Below, piece after piece: positions 20,713 through 29,911 of a stretch of DNA of 64,000 nt. The position numbers and the translations under genes are program-made. The DNA lies in the NCBI GenBank assembly GCA_947649365.1, contig CANSRH010000009.1:1417-65416 (forward strand). Direction: 5' to 3'. Positions within the stretch are counted from its first letter, which is position 1. Each line of letters begins with the position of its first letter. The notes below the pieces were generated by a model. The model had not been told where the DNA came from. It did not search any database and was given only the letters and a program-made list of their open reading frames with translations. The DNA comes from an uncultured Mycoplasmatota bacterium. Its GTDB lineage: Bacteria; Bacillota_I; Bacilli_A; RF39; UBA660.

Positions 20713-21540
20713 TTATGCACTGATAGACTCTCCAATTTTCTCTCCCATTTTTACAGAATGCTCTAACCCTTTTGCAGTATCTTGAAAAAACTTCTCTGGA
20801 ATTTGAACTTTGTTATTTAAAAACAACAAAACAATCGTACTACCACCAAACAAAAAAGTTCCCTTTTCTTCCCCCTTAGTAAAAGAATACTCTTCATGAA
20901 AATTTTGAATCTTTCCAACAAACAAAGCACCAACCTCTACTTGTATCACATCACCAAAGGTTTGAGTATGTAAAACAGTATACTCTCGAGCATTCTCTGT
21001 AAATACTGGATACTTTTCTAAAGCAATAGGACGCACAGTATGTAATTTCCCTGGAATAGAAATATTTTTCTCCTTCACACCATCGCAAAAATAACAATAA
21101 CGATGGTAATGTTCTACACACAAACGAAGAACCAAACATACACCATTCTTATATTTAGAAGCAAGATTTTCATTTTGCAACAAAGACGATATAGAATACT
21201 CACTATGCTTCACCGGCAAAACCAAACCATCTTCTATTTTATATGCACTTAGATAACCATCGGAAGGAGAAACCAAAAAATGATTTTCCTTAGCAATAGG
21301 ACGAAATTCTTCACGTATTTTTCTTGAAAAAAAATCATTAAAACTATGGAAATCTGTATAATATTCTTCCAAAGGAATATGATTTTTCTTCACAAAAGAC
21401 TTTATGAATACTTTAGAAAAACGAGTATTCAAAAACGCACCAACCCAAACAGACACAAATCGCATAGTAAGAAATTTTAAAATCACTCTTCCTAAAAAGG
21501 TATGATACAAAAAACGAATTCCAAAACTTTCTTTTTGCAC
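20713..21540 (-). CDS. psd: phosphatidylserine decarboxylase proenzyme
   Basis: VSPSDG motif and the FGGSTIV self-cleavage (G-S-T) site. Adjacent to pssA. Confidence 0.9.
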   Translation of the reverse strand: MQKESFGIRFLYHTFLGRVILKFLTMRFVSVWVGAFLNTRFSKVFIKSFVKKNHIPLEEYYTDFHSFNDFFSRKIREEFRPIAKENHFLVSPSDGYLSAYKIEDGLVLPVKHSEYSISSLLQNENLASKYKNGVCLVLRLCVEHYHRYCYFCDGVKEKNISIPGKLHTVRPIALEKYPVFTENAREYTVLHTQTFGDVIQVEVGALFVGKIQNFHEEYSFTKGEEKGTFLFGGSTIVLLFLNNKVQIPEKFFQDTAKGLEHSVKMGEKIGESISA

Positions 21541-21555
21541 ACCAACAACTCCCTT

Positions 21556-22227
21556 TTACATAAACTTTAACACAAATAAGATTACAAACTCAAGTATTCC
21601 AAACAAAACCAAAATAAATATGCTCTTCATTCCTAATTTTTTAATTCGCAACTTATAAATAAACAAAAAAGACATAAGAAAAATAACAACAAAATATAGT
21701 AAACTTAAATCCATTGGAGTCAAAAATTGTATAAGTTGAACCACAGGTAAAAGAACAGATGCCGAAGTAACCGGAAGTCCTGTATAATACTTTCGAACCC
21801 CTTCTTCCACCTTTTGTCGTTCCTCCTCGGTAACATTAAAATGAGCAAGACGAATCAAAGCAGCAAGGGCATAAAGAAGTAAAACTGCATACAAAAAAAC
21901 AGTTACAAAAGGAAAGTCTATTGTAAAACTCTGCAAAAACGGAGAAGTACGATAAATAGAAACACCAATGGCAAGAGGTAAAACACCAAAAGCCACTAAA
22001 TCCGATAAAGAATCAATTTGTACACCATACGTTTTCTCATAGGAACTACGATTTTTCTTCATACTAGCTACTTTTCCATCAAAAGCATCACAAAAACCAC
22101 AAAAAAGTAAAAAGCTAATACCTAAACTAGGGCACCCCCCCCCCGAAAGTGTTAGAACAATTCCTAAACAACTAGACAACAAAGAAAAATAGGTCAAAAG
22201 CACTGTATAATTATAAATTCCGATCAT
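21556..22227 (-). CDS. pssA: CDP-diacylglycerol--serine O-phosphatidyltransferase
   Basis: CDP-alcohol phosphatidyltransferase motif DAFDGKVA...G...DSLSD. Upstream of psd. Confidence 0.85.
   Translation of the reverse strand: MIGIYNYTVLLTYFSLLSSCLGIVLTLSGGGCPSLGISFLLFCGFCDAFDGKVASMKKNRSSYEKTYGVQIDSLSDLVAFGVLPLAIGVSIYRTSPFLQSFTIDFPFVTVFLYAVLLLYALAALIRLAHFNVTEEERQKVEEGVRKYYTGLPVTSASVLLPVVQLIQFLTPMDLSLLYFVVIFLMSFLFIYKLRIKKLGMKSIFILVLFGILEFVILFVLKFM
22135..22144 (-). repeat. G10 homopolymer inside pssA
   Basis: Ten consecutive C on the plus strand. Read on the minus strand as TCG GGG GGG GGG T (Ser-Gly-Gly-Gly). Confidence 0.95.
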
Positions 22228-23296
22228 GTTTACTACTCCTTTTCAAACGAAAATAACGAACTCCTATTACCAATCCACAAACAAAAATACAAAAATAGAA
22301 AGACAAACCTCGACTCACAAGTTCCAAATGAACCGCTGCTTCAAGAGGTAGAAGTTTTCCAAATCCTTGAATCATTAAATAATCTGTGACTCCTATTGCT
22401 CCTGGTATTGGCACCGCATAAGCACCAGTAATAACAAAACTTTGAAGAGCAAAAATAGAAAACACATCCATAGAAGGACCATTTGTTGCTAGAAAAACAA
22501 ACACGACCACTCCAATTTGACACAACCTTTGCAATAAATTACAAAAGAATACACGAAACAATACTTTTCTTTTTCCTTTAAGCATTTGTGCAGCATCTTG
22601 ATACTTTCCTATTCCTTCCTCAAGCTGATTCAGTTTTTCATCCAAAGAACGCAACAAATGAATTTTAGAAAGTATTTTCAGAAACCATGTACAAATTCGA
22701 TATAACAATTTTTCTTTATAAAGCAAACAATAAAAAATAAAAATAAGTCCTATTTGAAATAAAAGTCCAACTCCAATAATAATCTTTGCTAACAAATCAA
22801 ATTGAAAAAAGAAAGTAGGAGACAAAAGAAAACTGATAAGAACAACTGCTACTATAGAAACAGAATACATAAGTAAAGTATACACTAAAGAAATAGTAAC
22901 AATCGGAAACGAAATACCATCTTTTAGCATAAAATAAGCACTAGCTGGCTGACCGCCCGACGCAGATGGAGTAATTGCTGAAAAATAAATATCTGCTGCT
23001 GAATAAACAAAACTAGAACCTTTCTTAAGGTGATAACCAAAAGAAGAATAAATAGATTGTAAAGACAATCCTTCAAATAAAATAAAGAAAAACACACACA
23101 AAACTGCACATCCAAGAAAGAATACATTGGCACGTTTCAAATAAGAAACAAAAAAAGAAAAAGAAAAATCTTTATTAAAAGATACAACAGCAACAACACT
23201 TAAAACTGCAATAAAAAGAAAGGCAACACCCCAAAGGATTCTACTCTTTTTATTGGTTACAATCGTATTTTCTTTACTCTCACAACTTACTTTCAT
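22211..23296 (-). CDS. flippase-like / lysylphosphatidylglycerol-synthase TM-region family protein (UPF0104)
   Basis: Multi-TM protein with ITPSASGGQPASAYF, matching the family's P-x-x-GG-x-P loop. Confidence 0.7.
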   Translation of the reverse strand: MKVSCESKENTIVTNKKSRILWGVAFLFIAVLSVVAVVSFNKDFSFSFFVSYLKRANVFFLGCAVLCVFFFILFEGLSLQSIYSSFGYHLKKGSSFVYSAADIYFSAITPSASGGQPASAYFMLKDGISFPIVTISLVYTLLMYSVSIVAVVLISFLLSPTFFFQFDLLAKIIIGVGLLFQIGLIFIFYCLLYKEKLLYRICTWFLKILSKIHLLRSLDEKLNQLEEGIGKYQDAAQMLKGKRKVLFRVFFCNLLQRLCQIGVVVFVFLATNGPSMDVFSIFALQSFVITGAYAVPIPGAIGVTDYLMIQGFGKLLPLEAAVHLELVSRGLSFYFCIFVCGLVIGVRYFRLKRSSKHDRNL

Positions 23297-23305
23297 AACA
23301 ACTAC

Positions 23306-23977
23306 CTAAAACTTTTTCTCTATTTTTTGATTTAATTTTCTAAAAAAGCATCCTAAATTCCATTTTTTAGAAAGATACAAACCGAATTCAACAACAGCAA
23401 TTCCACCTAGAATATCTACAAAAACATGTTGTTTTACCAATACGGTCGAAAAACAAACCAAAACTGCAAAAACAAACATAAACCATTTATAAAATTTAGA
23501 AACATGGTTTAACTGCATAGTTCCTCGAAAAACCATCCAACTTTCCAAACAGTGAATAGAAGGAAATAAATTCACAGGTTCATCGACAGAATAAATAAAT
23601 TGAGTCAAAAATCCCCATATTCCTGATCCAACTACTTCAGGACGAACCATGATTGTTGGAAAAAACAGAAAGAAAAATAAACACAAAAGTTTAGCAATTG
23701 TCTCTGCCATTAAAATACGATAACAAATTTCTTCATTTTCACGAGAAATAACAATATGGCCAACAATCCAATGCAAATAAGCCAAAATATAAATACTGAT
23801 AAAAAAAGGAAAAAACGGAATCAAAGTATCCATAAAAGTAGAAAAATCAAAATGCACCAAATGAGAAGATATAATCTTTGAGCCATTGTATACGAAAGTA
23901 TTTAAAACAACAACCATTATAAGTGGTAAAATAGCATACTTAGGAACAAGCGTTTTTATTTTTTTCATAAAAAACAT
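23306..23977 (-). CDS. PAP2-superfamily phosphatase/transferase
   Basis: PSIHC and KQHVFVDILGG match PAP2 motifs C2/C3. Multi-TM. Confidence 0.65.
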   Translation of the reverse strand: MFFMKKIKTLVPKYAILPLIMVVVLNTFVYNGSKIISSHLVHFDFSTFMDTLIPFFPFFISIYILAYLHWIVGHIVISRENEEICYRILMAETIAKLLCLFFFLFFPTIMVRPEVVGSGIWGFLTQFIYSVDEPVNLFPSIHCLESWMVFRGTMQLNHVSKFYKWFMFVFAVLVCFSTVLVKQHVFVDILGGIAVVEFGLYLSKKWNLGCFFRKLNQKIEKKF

Positions 23978-24125
23978 CCTCTCTATATGAATACAATCTT
24001 ATAACAAGAAAGTGACAAAGAAATGACTCACATATTTATTATAACACATATCAAAAAAACCAAAAATTACATTTTTGAAAGAAAACGAAAAATTTATGGT
24101 AAAATAAAACAAATTTGGTGATAGA

Positions 24126-25949
24126 ATGAAAAAAATTATAAAAATACTACTAGCTTTTATAAAAAAAATAATTCTTTGGTTCTTACAACTTTTTGGTATT
24201 TCATTCAAAACAAACAATAGATACAAAGAAAAAAAGTTGATAAACAAAAAGAAGAATCTAGCAAAACAAACACACAAAGAAATACTAACCAGTACAAAGG
24301 AAAGTGCATCAGATACCGCAAGAACCTTAAAAAAAGAAGATTTTATAAAAGATAATGTTTTTCTCCCAACAAAAGAAGATTTAGAAAAAATTTTTTATAC
24401 GTTCATAGAAAAAACTTTCAAAAGAAAAGTAAGTGATTTACAAAATGAAGAACGAGAAAAACTAATACAATATGAAAAGAAAACAATTCAAAAAATAATT
24501 CCTAAAATAGCTCGGCAAGAAATAACAACAGAAGAAGCAGTAGAAAAAATATTAGAAGAAAACTTAAAAAAAGATTTACAAAAAAAGAATCTAAATTTAG
24601 AAAGTTTATTACTATCCACAAAACCTTCGTTAGAAACAAAACAAGAAACTTTTGAAGAAAATCAAAAAAGAAACGATAAAAATACGGAAAAGAAAAAAGA
24701 AAACATAACTAATTTATTTGAAAAGAACACATCATTGAAACCTATAGAACTAATAGAAATACAAAGGGAAATAAACCAAAAAAATTCACTATCCTCTAGC
24801 CCCAAATCTTTAGAATTCCTTGTTCAAGAAACAAAAGATAGAACTTCTCAAAATGAAGAAAATAGGAAGGAAACAATATTCAACTCATCAGAACCCAAAA
24901 CAGAATCAAATCCTAATAATGATGAAAAAATAAATAATGAAGTTGATGTAAAAGCAAATCAAATAAAAAAAGAGATGCCTGAACCTATTAAAATTTCACC
25001 GGTTGAAAATAAAATAACTGAAAAACAAAAAAAGAAAGAAAACAAAGATTTAGAAAAAAACTCAGAGAAATATCAGCTTATTTTAAACATTGCAACTATA
25101 GAACTAGAAAACAACATTCTAATAGAAGAAGCAAAACAAGAATATAATAAAGAAGAGCTAATAGATAAAAATTATGAAGAAATAGAAGAGTTACTAGAGA
25201 AAAAAATCAAAGAAATAGAAACAATGTTAGAAAAACCATTAAATGAATTACAAAAAAATAAATTAAAAAGAGAATTAGAGAAATTAAAAGAATCAGAAAA
25301 AAATTTACTTCTCTTCAAAGAAAAAGATTTAGAAGAACTGAGAAAATCATTAGAAGAAAACATTCCTTTAGAAGAACTAATGATAATCACTGAGAAATTA
25401 AATCAATTTAGTAAAAATGAAGAAATAAAAAGAAAAGAAAACTTATACAAAGATATAGAGAAGAAAACGCAAAGAGAAATACAAGAAATGGAAAAAGTCC
25501 TTATCAAAGAAGCTTTTAAACAATCGTTAAGAAAATTAGAAATTGCATTTTTTTTTAGTTTTCCATTTATAAAAAACAAACACTTGAAAAGATTCATTTC
25601 TGGATTATTTATATTTAGAACGTTTGGATTTATAAAAAATATATTATTTGGATTTCCAGAAAGTTATGAACCAATAGATTTATCTTACATTCAAAAAGGG
25701 AGTGATGCTTTAGAACAATCGATTGCGCTAACAGAACAAAACATTTTTTCTTTTAAAAATTTAAAACAAAACACTTTATTAAAGTATCCTGAATTAATAG
25801 AAGATGAATTATTTATGAAAGACTTAAACAAATTAGAAGAACAATTAAAAAAGAATCATGAAAAATTATTGCAACAAGAACAATTAGTAAACAAATATTT
25901 TGATAAATCAAAAATTCTAATAAGAAAAAGAAAAAGGAGCAACTTTTAA
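24126..25949 (+). CDS. K/E/N-rich low-complexity membrane-anchored protein
   Basis: 607-aa ORF with an N-terminal TM, a long charged coiled-coil-like region and C-terminal hydrophobic segments. Confidence 0.45.
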   Translation: MKKIIKILLAFIKKIILWFLQLFGISFKTNNRYKEKKLINKKKNLAKQTHKEILTSTKESASDTARTLKKEDFIKDNVFLPTKEDLEKIFYTFIEKTFKRKVSDLQNEEREKLIQYEKKTIQKIIPKIARQEITTEEAVEKILEENLKKDLQKKNLNLESLLLSTKPSLETKQETFEENQKRNDKNTEKKKENITNLFEKNTSLKPIELIEIQREINQKNSLSSSPKSLEFLVQETKDRTSQNEENRKETIFNSSEPKTESNPNNDEKINNEVDVKANQIKKEMPEPIKISPVENKITEKQKKKENKDLEKNSEKYQLILNIATIELENNILIEEAKQEYNKEELIDKNYEEIEELLEKKIKEIETMLEKPLNELQKNKLKRELEKLKESEKNLLLFKEKDLEELRKSLEENIPLEELMIITEKLNQFSKNEEIKRKENLYKDIEKKTQREIQEMEKVLIKEAFKQSLRKLEIAFFFSFPFIKNKHLKRFISGLFIFRTFGFIKNILFGFPESYEPIDLSYIQKGSDALEQSIALTEQNIFSFKNLKQNTLLKYPELIEDELFMKDLNKLEEQLKKNHEKLLQQEQLVNKYFDKSKILIRKRKRSNF

Positions 25950-25972
25950 TATCATTGTTCCTTTTTTCTTAT

Positions 25973-26143
25973 TTATTGTTTTTTAATACAATTTTCGCCA
26001 TATAAATCTTGTAACATAAGGGAATATCCATCATATAACATATCATATTCAATTTCATTTAAGTAATTAGGCAAATATTGAAGATATAATTGATATAGAT
26101 GAGTATAAGGAGAAAAACTTCCACGTTCAAAAATATACCTCAT
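25973..26143 (-). CDS. hypothetical 56-aa protein (below ORF-track cut-off)
   Basis: ATG overlaps the TGA of the upstream 80-aa ORF (ATGA). Translation starts MRYIFERGSFSPYTHLYQLYLQYL... Confidence 0.3.
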   Translation of the reverse strand: MRYIFERGSFSPYTHLYQLYLQYLPNYLNEIEYDMLYDGYSLMLQDLYGENCIKKQ

Positions 26144-26382
26144 AACAAAGATTTTCTCTTCAATAAATAATCACGTAAATCTTTTTTTTCATCATCCAAA
26201 TCTAATCCAAAACGAAACAATTCATCTTGATTATTCTTTTTAATCATTACTACCCTTTGAGCAAATTTGTCCATTGACTGAAATTTCACCCATACAATAA
26301 TATCTAAGAAAAACTCACCAAACTCATAATTAGTAAGCCACAACATTAACAATTCCACTTTTGTTAAAGTACAATCTTTCAC
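26140..26382 (-). CDS. hypothetical 80-aa protein
   Basis: ORF only. No motif. Confidence 0.4.
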   Translation of the reverse strand: MKDCTLTKVELLMLWLTNYEFGEFFLDIIVWVKFQSMDKFAQRVVMIKKNNQDELFRFGLDLDDEKKDLRDYLLKRKSLL

Positions 26383-26437
26383 TAATTTTTTTATATAGCT
26401 TCACCTAAATAAATTCATTTTTCTAATACAAGATTAA

Positions 26438-27091
26438 TTATTTTATTCCAAAATTTTCAATATCCTCCGATAATGTTGTAAATAATTCATCGTCTTTATA
26501 ATATCTTCTATCGAATAATATCCAACCATCACTCGCATTTTTCATTTGTGGAAGAATCTCACTTGAAAGCGGTTCCCCATAATTTTTAACATCAGCAATT
26601 GCATTTTCCATATGGAATTGTCCATTCAAATCAAAAACTTTTGCTTGTAAATCAGACTCTATTTTACATAATTTTTCTACAAATATTGCCTCTTTTGAAC
26701 TCTTTGAATTCATTTCATCATATAGAGCAATTAACTCTTCTTTATCTGTTAAAAAACTAATTACTGATAAAAGTGTTTGTCTTTCTTCTTCGCTTATGGA
26801 AATCTTGCCAGCAGGTGTCACTTCCTTATCAATATTTATCTTATATACTTCTTTTGAAAATATCATTTTAAAAATTTTAAGTAGGTCTAAACCTAGTTTA
26901 TATTCACTCTCTATTCCAATAGCCAATACAAAACAGCCATAAATATGTTCAGCTACAGACTCAATTCTTTCACTTGAAATCTTCACTTCTTTCCATCCAG
27001 TACGTATTACGTTTTTTAATTTATTAGCAAGTACATAAAAATTTATAATATTTTGGTTCATAATAATTCCTCCTAAAAAATATATAAACAA
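26438..27091 (-). CDS. HD-domain hydrolase (YfbR-like 5'-nucleotidase family)
   Basis: ESVAEHIYG (the H of HD) and overall pattern. The likely start is 27061, after AGGAGG. Confidence 0.7.
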   Translation of the reverse strand: MFIYFLGGIIMNQNIINFYVLANKLKNVIRTGWKEVKISSERIESVAEHIYGCFVLAIGIESEYKLGLDLLKIFKMIFSKEVYKINIDKEVTPAGKISISEEERQTLLSVISFLTDKEELIALYDEMNSKSSKEAIFVEKLCKIESDLQAKVFDLNGQFHMENAIADVKNYGEPLSSEILPQMKNASDGWILFDRRYYKDDELFTTLSEDIENFGIK

Positions 27092-27115
27092 ACATTAATG
27101 TTTGATTCATTCTAC

Positions 27116-27189
27116 TGGCAGGGGATGAGAGAATCGAACTCCCAACTAAAGTTTTGGAGACTCCTATTATACCATTTAACTAATCCCCT
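27116..27189 (-). tRNA. trnW: tRNA-Trp (anticodon CCA)
   Basis: 74-nt cloverleaf: acceptor AGGGGAT/ATCCCCT, anticodon loop CTCCAAA, T-arm GGGAGTTCGATTCTC, encoded 3' CCA. Confidence 0.9.
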
Positions 27190-27268
27190 AATTGGCTTTT
27201 TCAAAAAAGCAACTTTATTATATCATAATTTATAACCATTTAGCAAATATTTTCATATACTACTTTAG

Positions 27269-27700
27269 GTGATATATATGCTAATCAATTATACGCAAAA
27301 AGAACTCGAATTATTAGCAAGAATAATGCGAGCCGAAGCACTTGCTGAAGGAAACTTAGGTATGCTTATGGTAGGAAACGTAGTAGTAAATCGAAGTATT
27401 GCCAATTGTTTAACTTTTAAAAATATAAGGAATATAACTGATGCAGTCTACCAAAAAAATCAATTTGCAGGAACGCAAGGTTCTTTATTTCAAGCCTCTC
27501 CAACAGCACTTGAAAAAGATTTAGCACTAAGAGCTTTAAGAGGAGAATACTATTATCCTGCAACACACGCTTTATGGTTTTATGCACCAGCCAAAAATAC
27601 TTCCTGTACAAAAACATGGTATGACCAACAATTAGCAGGGAGTTACAAAAATCATTGTTTCTACAGACCTGACCCAGGAGAATGCCAAGAATTATATTAA
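27269..27700 (+). CDS. spore cortex-lytic / cell wall hydrolase, SleB/CwlJ (Hydrolase_2) family
   Basis: LLARIMRAEA...VGNVVVNR...QFAGT pattern of the family. Confidence 0.85.
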   Translation: MIYMLINYTQKELELLARIMRAEALAEGNLGMLMVGNVVVNRSIANCLTFKNIRNITDAVYQKNQFAGTQGSLFQASPTALEKDLALRALRGEYYYPATHALWFYAPAKNTSCTKTWYDQQLAGSYKNHCFYRPDPGECQELY

Positions 27701-27755
27701 ACCAGAAATGGTTTTTTATTTTTGCAAACAAAAAAATACTTCCTAAGAAGCATTT

Positions 27756-28350
27756 TTATGGAATTAACAATTGTTGCCCTATAGACAAATTACTTGTTGC
27801 TAAATTATTTAAACTTTGTAAAGCACTAACCGTTGTATTATTATCTCTAGCTATGCTATATAAAGTATCGCCTTTTTTTACTGTATAAGTTTTATAATTT
27901 GATGTTGAATTTGGCACTATAAGACGTTGACCAATACTTAATAAATTACTTGATAAATTATTTAAACGTTTTAATTCATCAACGGTAGTATTGTATTGAC
28001 TTGCTATTTTATATAAACTATCTCCACTTTTCACAATATAATAATTAGTATCTGTCGGGCTTGTGCTACCACTAATTTTTAATACTTGACCAATGGATAG
28101 ATTATTAGAAGTAAGATTGTTTAATTTTTTCAACTCATCCACGCTAAGATTAAATTCACGTGCAATCCCATACAAAGTATCTCCAGATTTTACAACATAT
28201 GTATCACCTGTAAATTCATTAGACCCTGTATTTTCTTTCAATTGCAAAACTTGACCAATAGACAATGAGTTAGAAGTCAAATTATTGATACGTTTTAGCT
28301 CATCAACAGACAACCCATTATTCTTAGCAATACTCCATAATGTATCTCCA
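27756..28350 (-). CDS. 3' segment of split cwlC-like N-acetylmuramoyl-L-alanine amidase (four LysM repeats)
   Basis: Repeats of Y.VK.GDTL..IA.......L..LN.L....L..GQ.L. The frame is open upstream to the element-1 junction (KKVSGDTLWSIAKNNG...), so it has no start of its own. Confidence 0.85.
28341..28350. repeat. 10-bp junction repeat TGTATCTCCA (element 1, left)
   Basis: Identical to 35838..35847. Lies in the codons GGA GAT ACA (G-D-T) of a LysM repeat. Confidence 0.9.
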
Positions 28351-28360
28351 GATACTTTTT

Positions 28361-29911
28361 TTATGTAACATTTTTAAATGTAAATAGAATATCTATCGTT
28401 TTGTCTTGATAAATATAAATCTTTTCTACCAAATTGATTATTAATTCTCTAGTTAAATTTTCTAAGGATAAAAATTCATTTATATAGTTTTCTATTTTTT
28501 TACTATCTTGTCTTTGATCATTTTTTTGTTCATTTTTAAGATGATCAATATTTGATTTATTCTTTTCCATTTCTTGTTTTAGATTTTCACTTATTCTTAT
28601 GTATTGTTCTTCTTCAATAATTCCTTTCAACATATTTATATAATTTTTATCTAAAGTTTCAGTTATTTTGTTATTTGCTATTTCTAAAGTTTCAATTTGT
28701 TTTTTTATTTTTATTGTATTGTCTTCAAACTCGATATCACCAATAGAATCTTTTATTTTATTCTTATCTAAATATTTCTTACATACATCTTTAATGTTAT
28801 CTAAAATAACACTTTCTAATACTTCGTAATTATTTGTATGAGTTGTACAAACATGATATTTTGAGTATGTCCTATAATAATCACAACTCGTATAACTCCT
28901 ACCAGTTTTATTTTGATATCTAATAGTTATACGATGTTTGCAATCTCCACAATATAAGAGTCCATCTAATAAATAAAATCTTTTCTTTTCTGGTCTTTTA
29001 ACATTTTTAGGTAAAAGTGTTTGAACATAATGAAAAGTATCTCTATCTATAATTGCTTCATGGGTGTTTTCAACGATAATATAATCTTTTGGATTATTCT
29101 TAACTGTCTTTTTAAGTTTATAATTAATCTTTTTAGTTTTACCTTGTACCGAATCTCCAACATATATCCTATTTGTAAGAATTGTTTTAATAGTTGTATC
29201 AACCCATACTCCATACTCTTGTGATATACACTTTGTATTCCATACATAATTATAATAAGACGCTGGTGTTTTAATTTTTCTTTTGGTAAGTTCTTGTGCT
29301 ACAAAGTGATATGTATTACCTTTAAGCGCTAAATCAAAAATTAGTCTAACAGTTTTTGCTTGTTCTTCATTGATAACTAAATGATTTTTATTATTAGGAT
29401 TTTTCATATATCCAAAAGGACATCTTCCCGATACATAAAGTCCATCTTTCATTCTTGAATGGAGACTTGTCTTCACTTTCTTAGAAATATCTTTAGCATA
29501 CATATCATTCATTATAGCTTTAAAAGGCGCTATATCATTATTAGTAGTATCTATGAAGGTATCAATACCATCATTAATTGCAATATACCTTATATTTTTA
29601 TTTGGAAAGTACTTTTCAATTAGCTCACCAGTTCCAATATAATCTCTGCCTAGTCTTGACATATCTTTTGTAATAATCATATTAATTTTACCAATTTCAA
29701 CATCTCTAATCATTCTTTTAAATGCTGGTCTTTCAAAATTAGTTCCAGTAAACCCATCATCTACATATTCATCTACTATTTTATAATTATTTTCATTAAC
29801 ATATTGATTTAATAAACTTCTTTGACTAACAATACTATCTGATTCAATATTTCCATCCTCTCTTGACAATCTTATATAGATTCCTACTCTAAAACTACTA
29901 TTTCCTATCAT
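28361..29911 (-). CDS. large serine recombinase
   Basis: VGIYIRLSRED catalytic-Ser motif, a resolvase domain, a recombinase domain, a Cys-rich zinc-ribbon (CGDC...C...C) and a coiled-coil tail. Confidence 0.92.
   Translation of the reverse strand: MIGNSSFRVGIYIRLSREDGNIESDSIVSQRSLLNQYVNENNYKIVDEYVDDGFTGTNFERPAFKRMIRDVEIGKINMIITKDMSRLGRDYIGTGELIEKYFPNKNIRYIAINDGIDTFIDTTNNDIAPFKAIMNDMYAKDISKKVKTSLHSRMKDGLYVSGRCPFGYMKNPNNKNHLVINEEQAKTVRLIFDLALKGNTYHFVAQELTKRKIKTPASYYNYVWNTKCISQEYGVWVDTTIKTILTNRIYVGDSVQGKTKKINYKLKKTVKNNPKDYIIVENTHEAIIDRDTFHYVQTLLPKNVKRPEKKRFYLLDGLLYCGDCKHRITIRYQNKTGRSYTSCDYYRTYSKYHVCTTHTNNYEVLESVILDNIKDVCKKYLDKNKIKDSIGDIEFEDNTIKIKKQIETLEIANNKITETLDKNYINMLKGIIEEEQYIRISENLKQEMEKNKSNIDHLKNEQKNDQRQDSKKIENYINEFLSLENLTRELIINLVEKIYIYQDKTIDILFTFKNVT

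Noticed and set aside
23999-24277. A 92-aa minus-strand ORF lies between the PAP2 gene and the K/E-rich gene.
   Set aside because: It overlaps the promoter and 5' end of the plus-strand 607-aa ORF. It is extremely F/I/L/N-rich, lacks a convincing Shine-Dalgarno, and is most likely spurious.
24126-25949. This repetitive-looking AAAGAA-rich DNA might be a CRISPR array or a tandem repeat.
   Set aside because: There is no regular repeat-spacer periodicity and no exact repeated unit. The bias is explained by Lys/Glu/Asn codon usage within one continuous ORF.
27116-27189. tRNA-Trp might be the integration site of the adjacent mobile DNA.
   Set aside because: Both elements can be mapped precisely inside the amidase coding sequence (junctions at 28341/35847 and 36415/45844). 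The intact sleB/cwlJ-like gene lies between the tRNA and the elements. No tRNA 3'-end repeat is seen.
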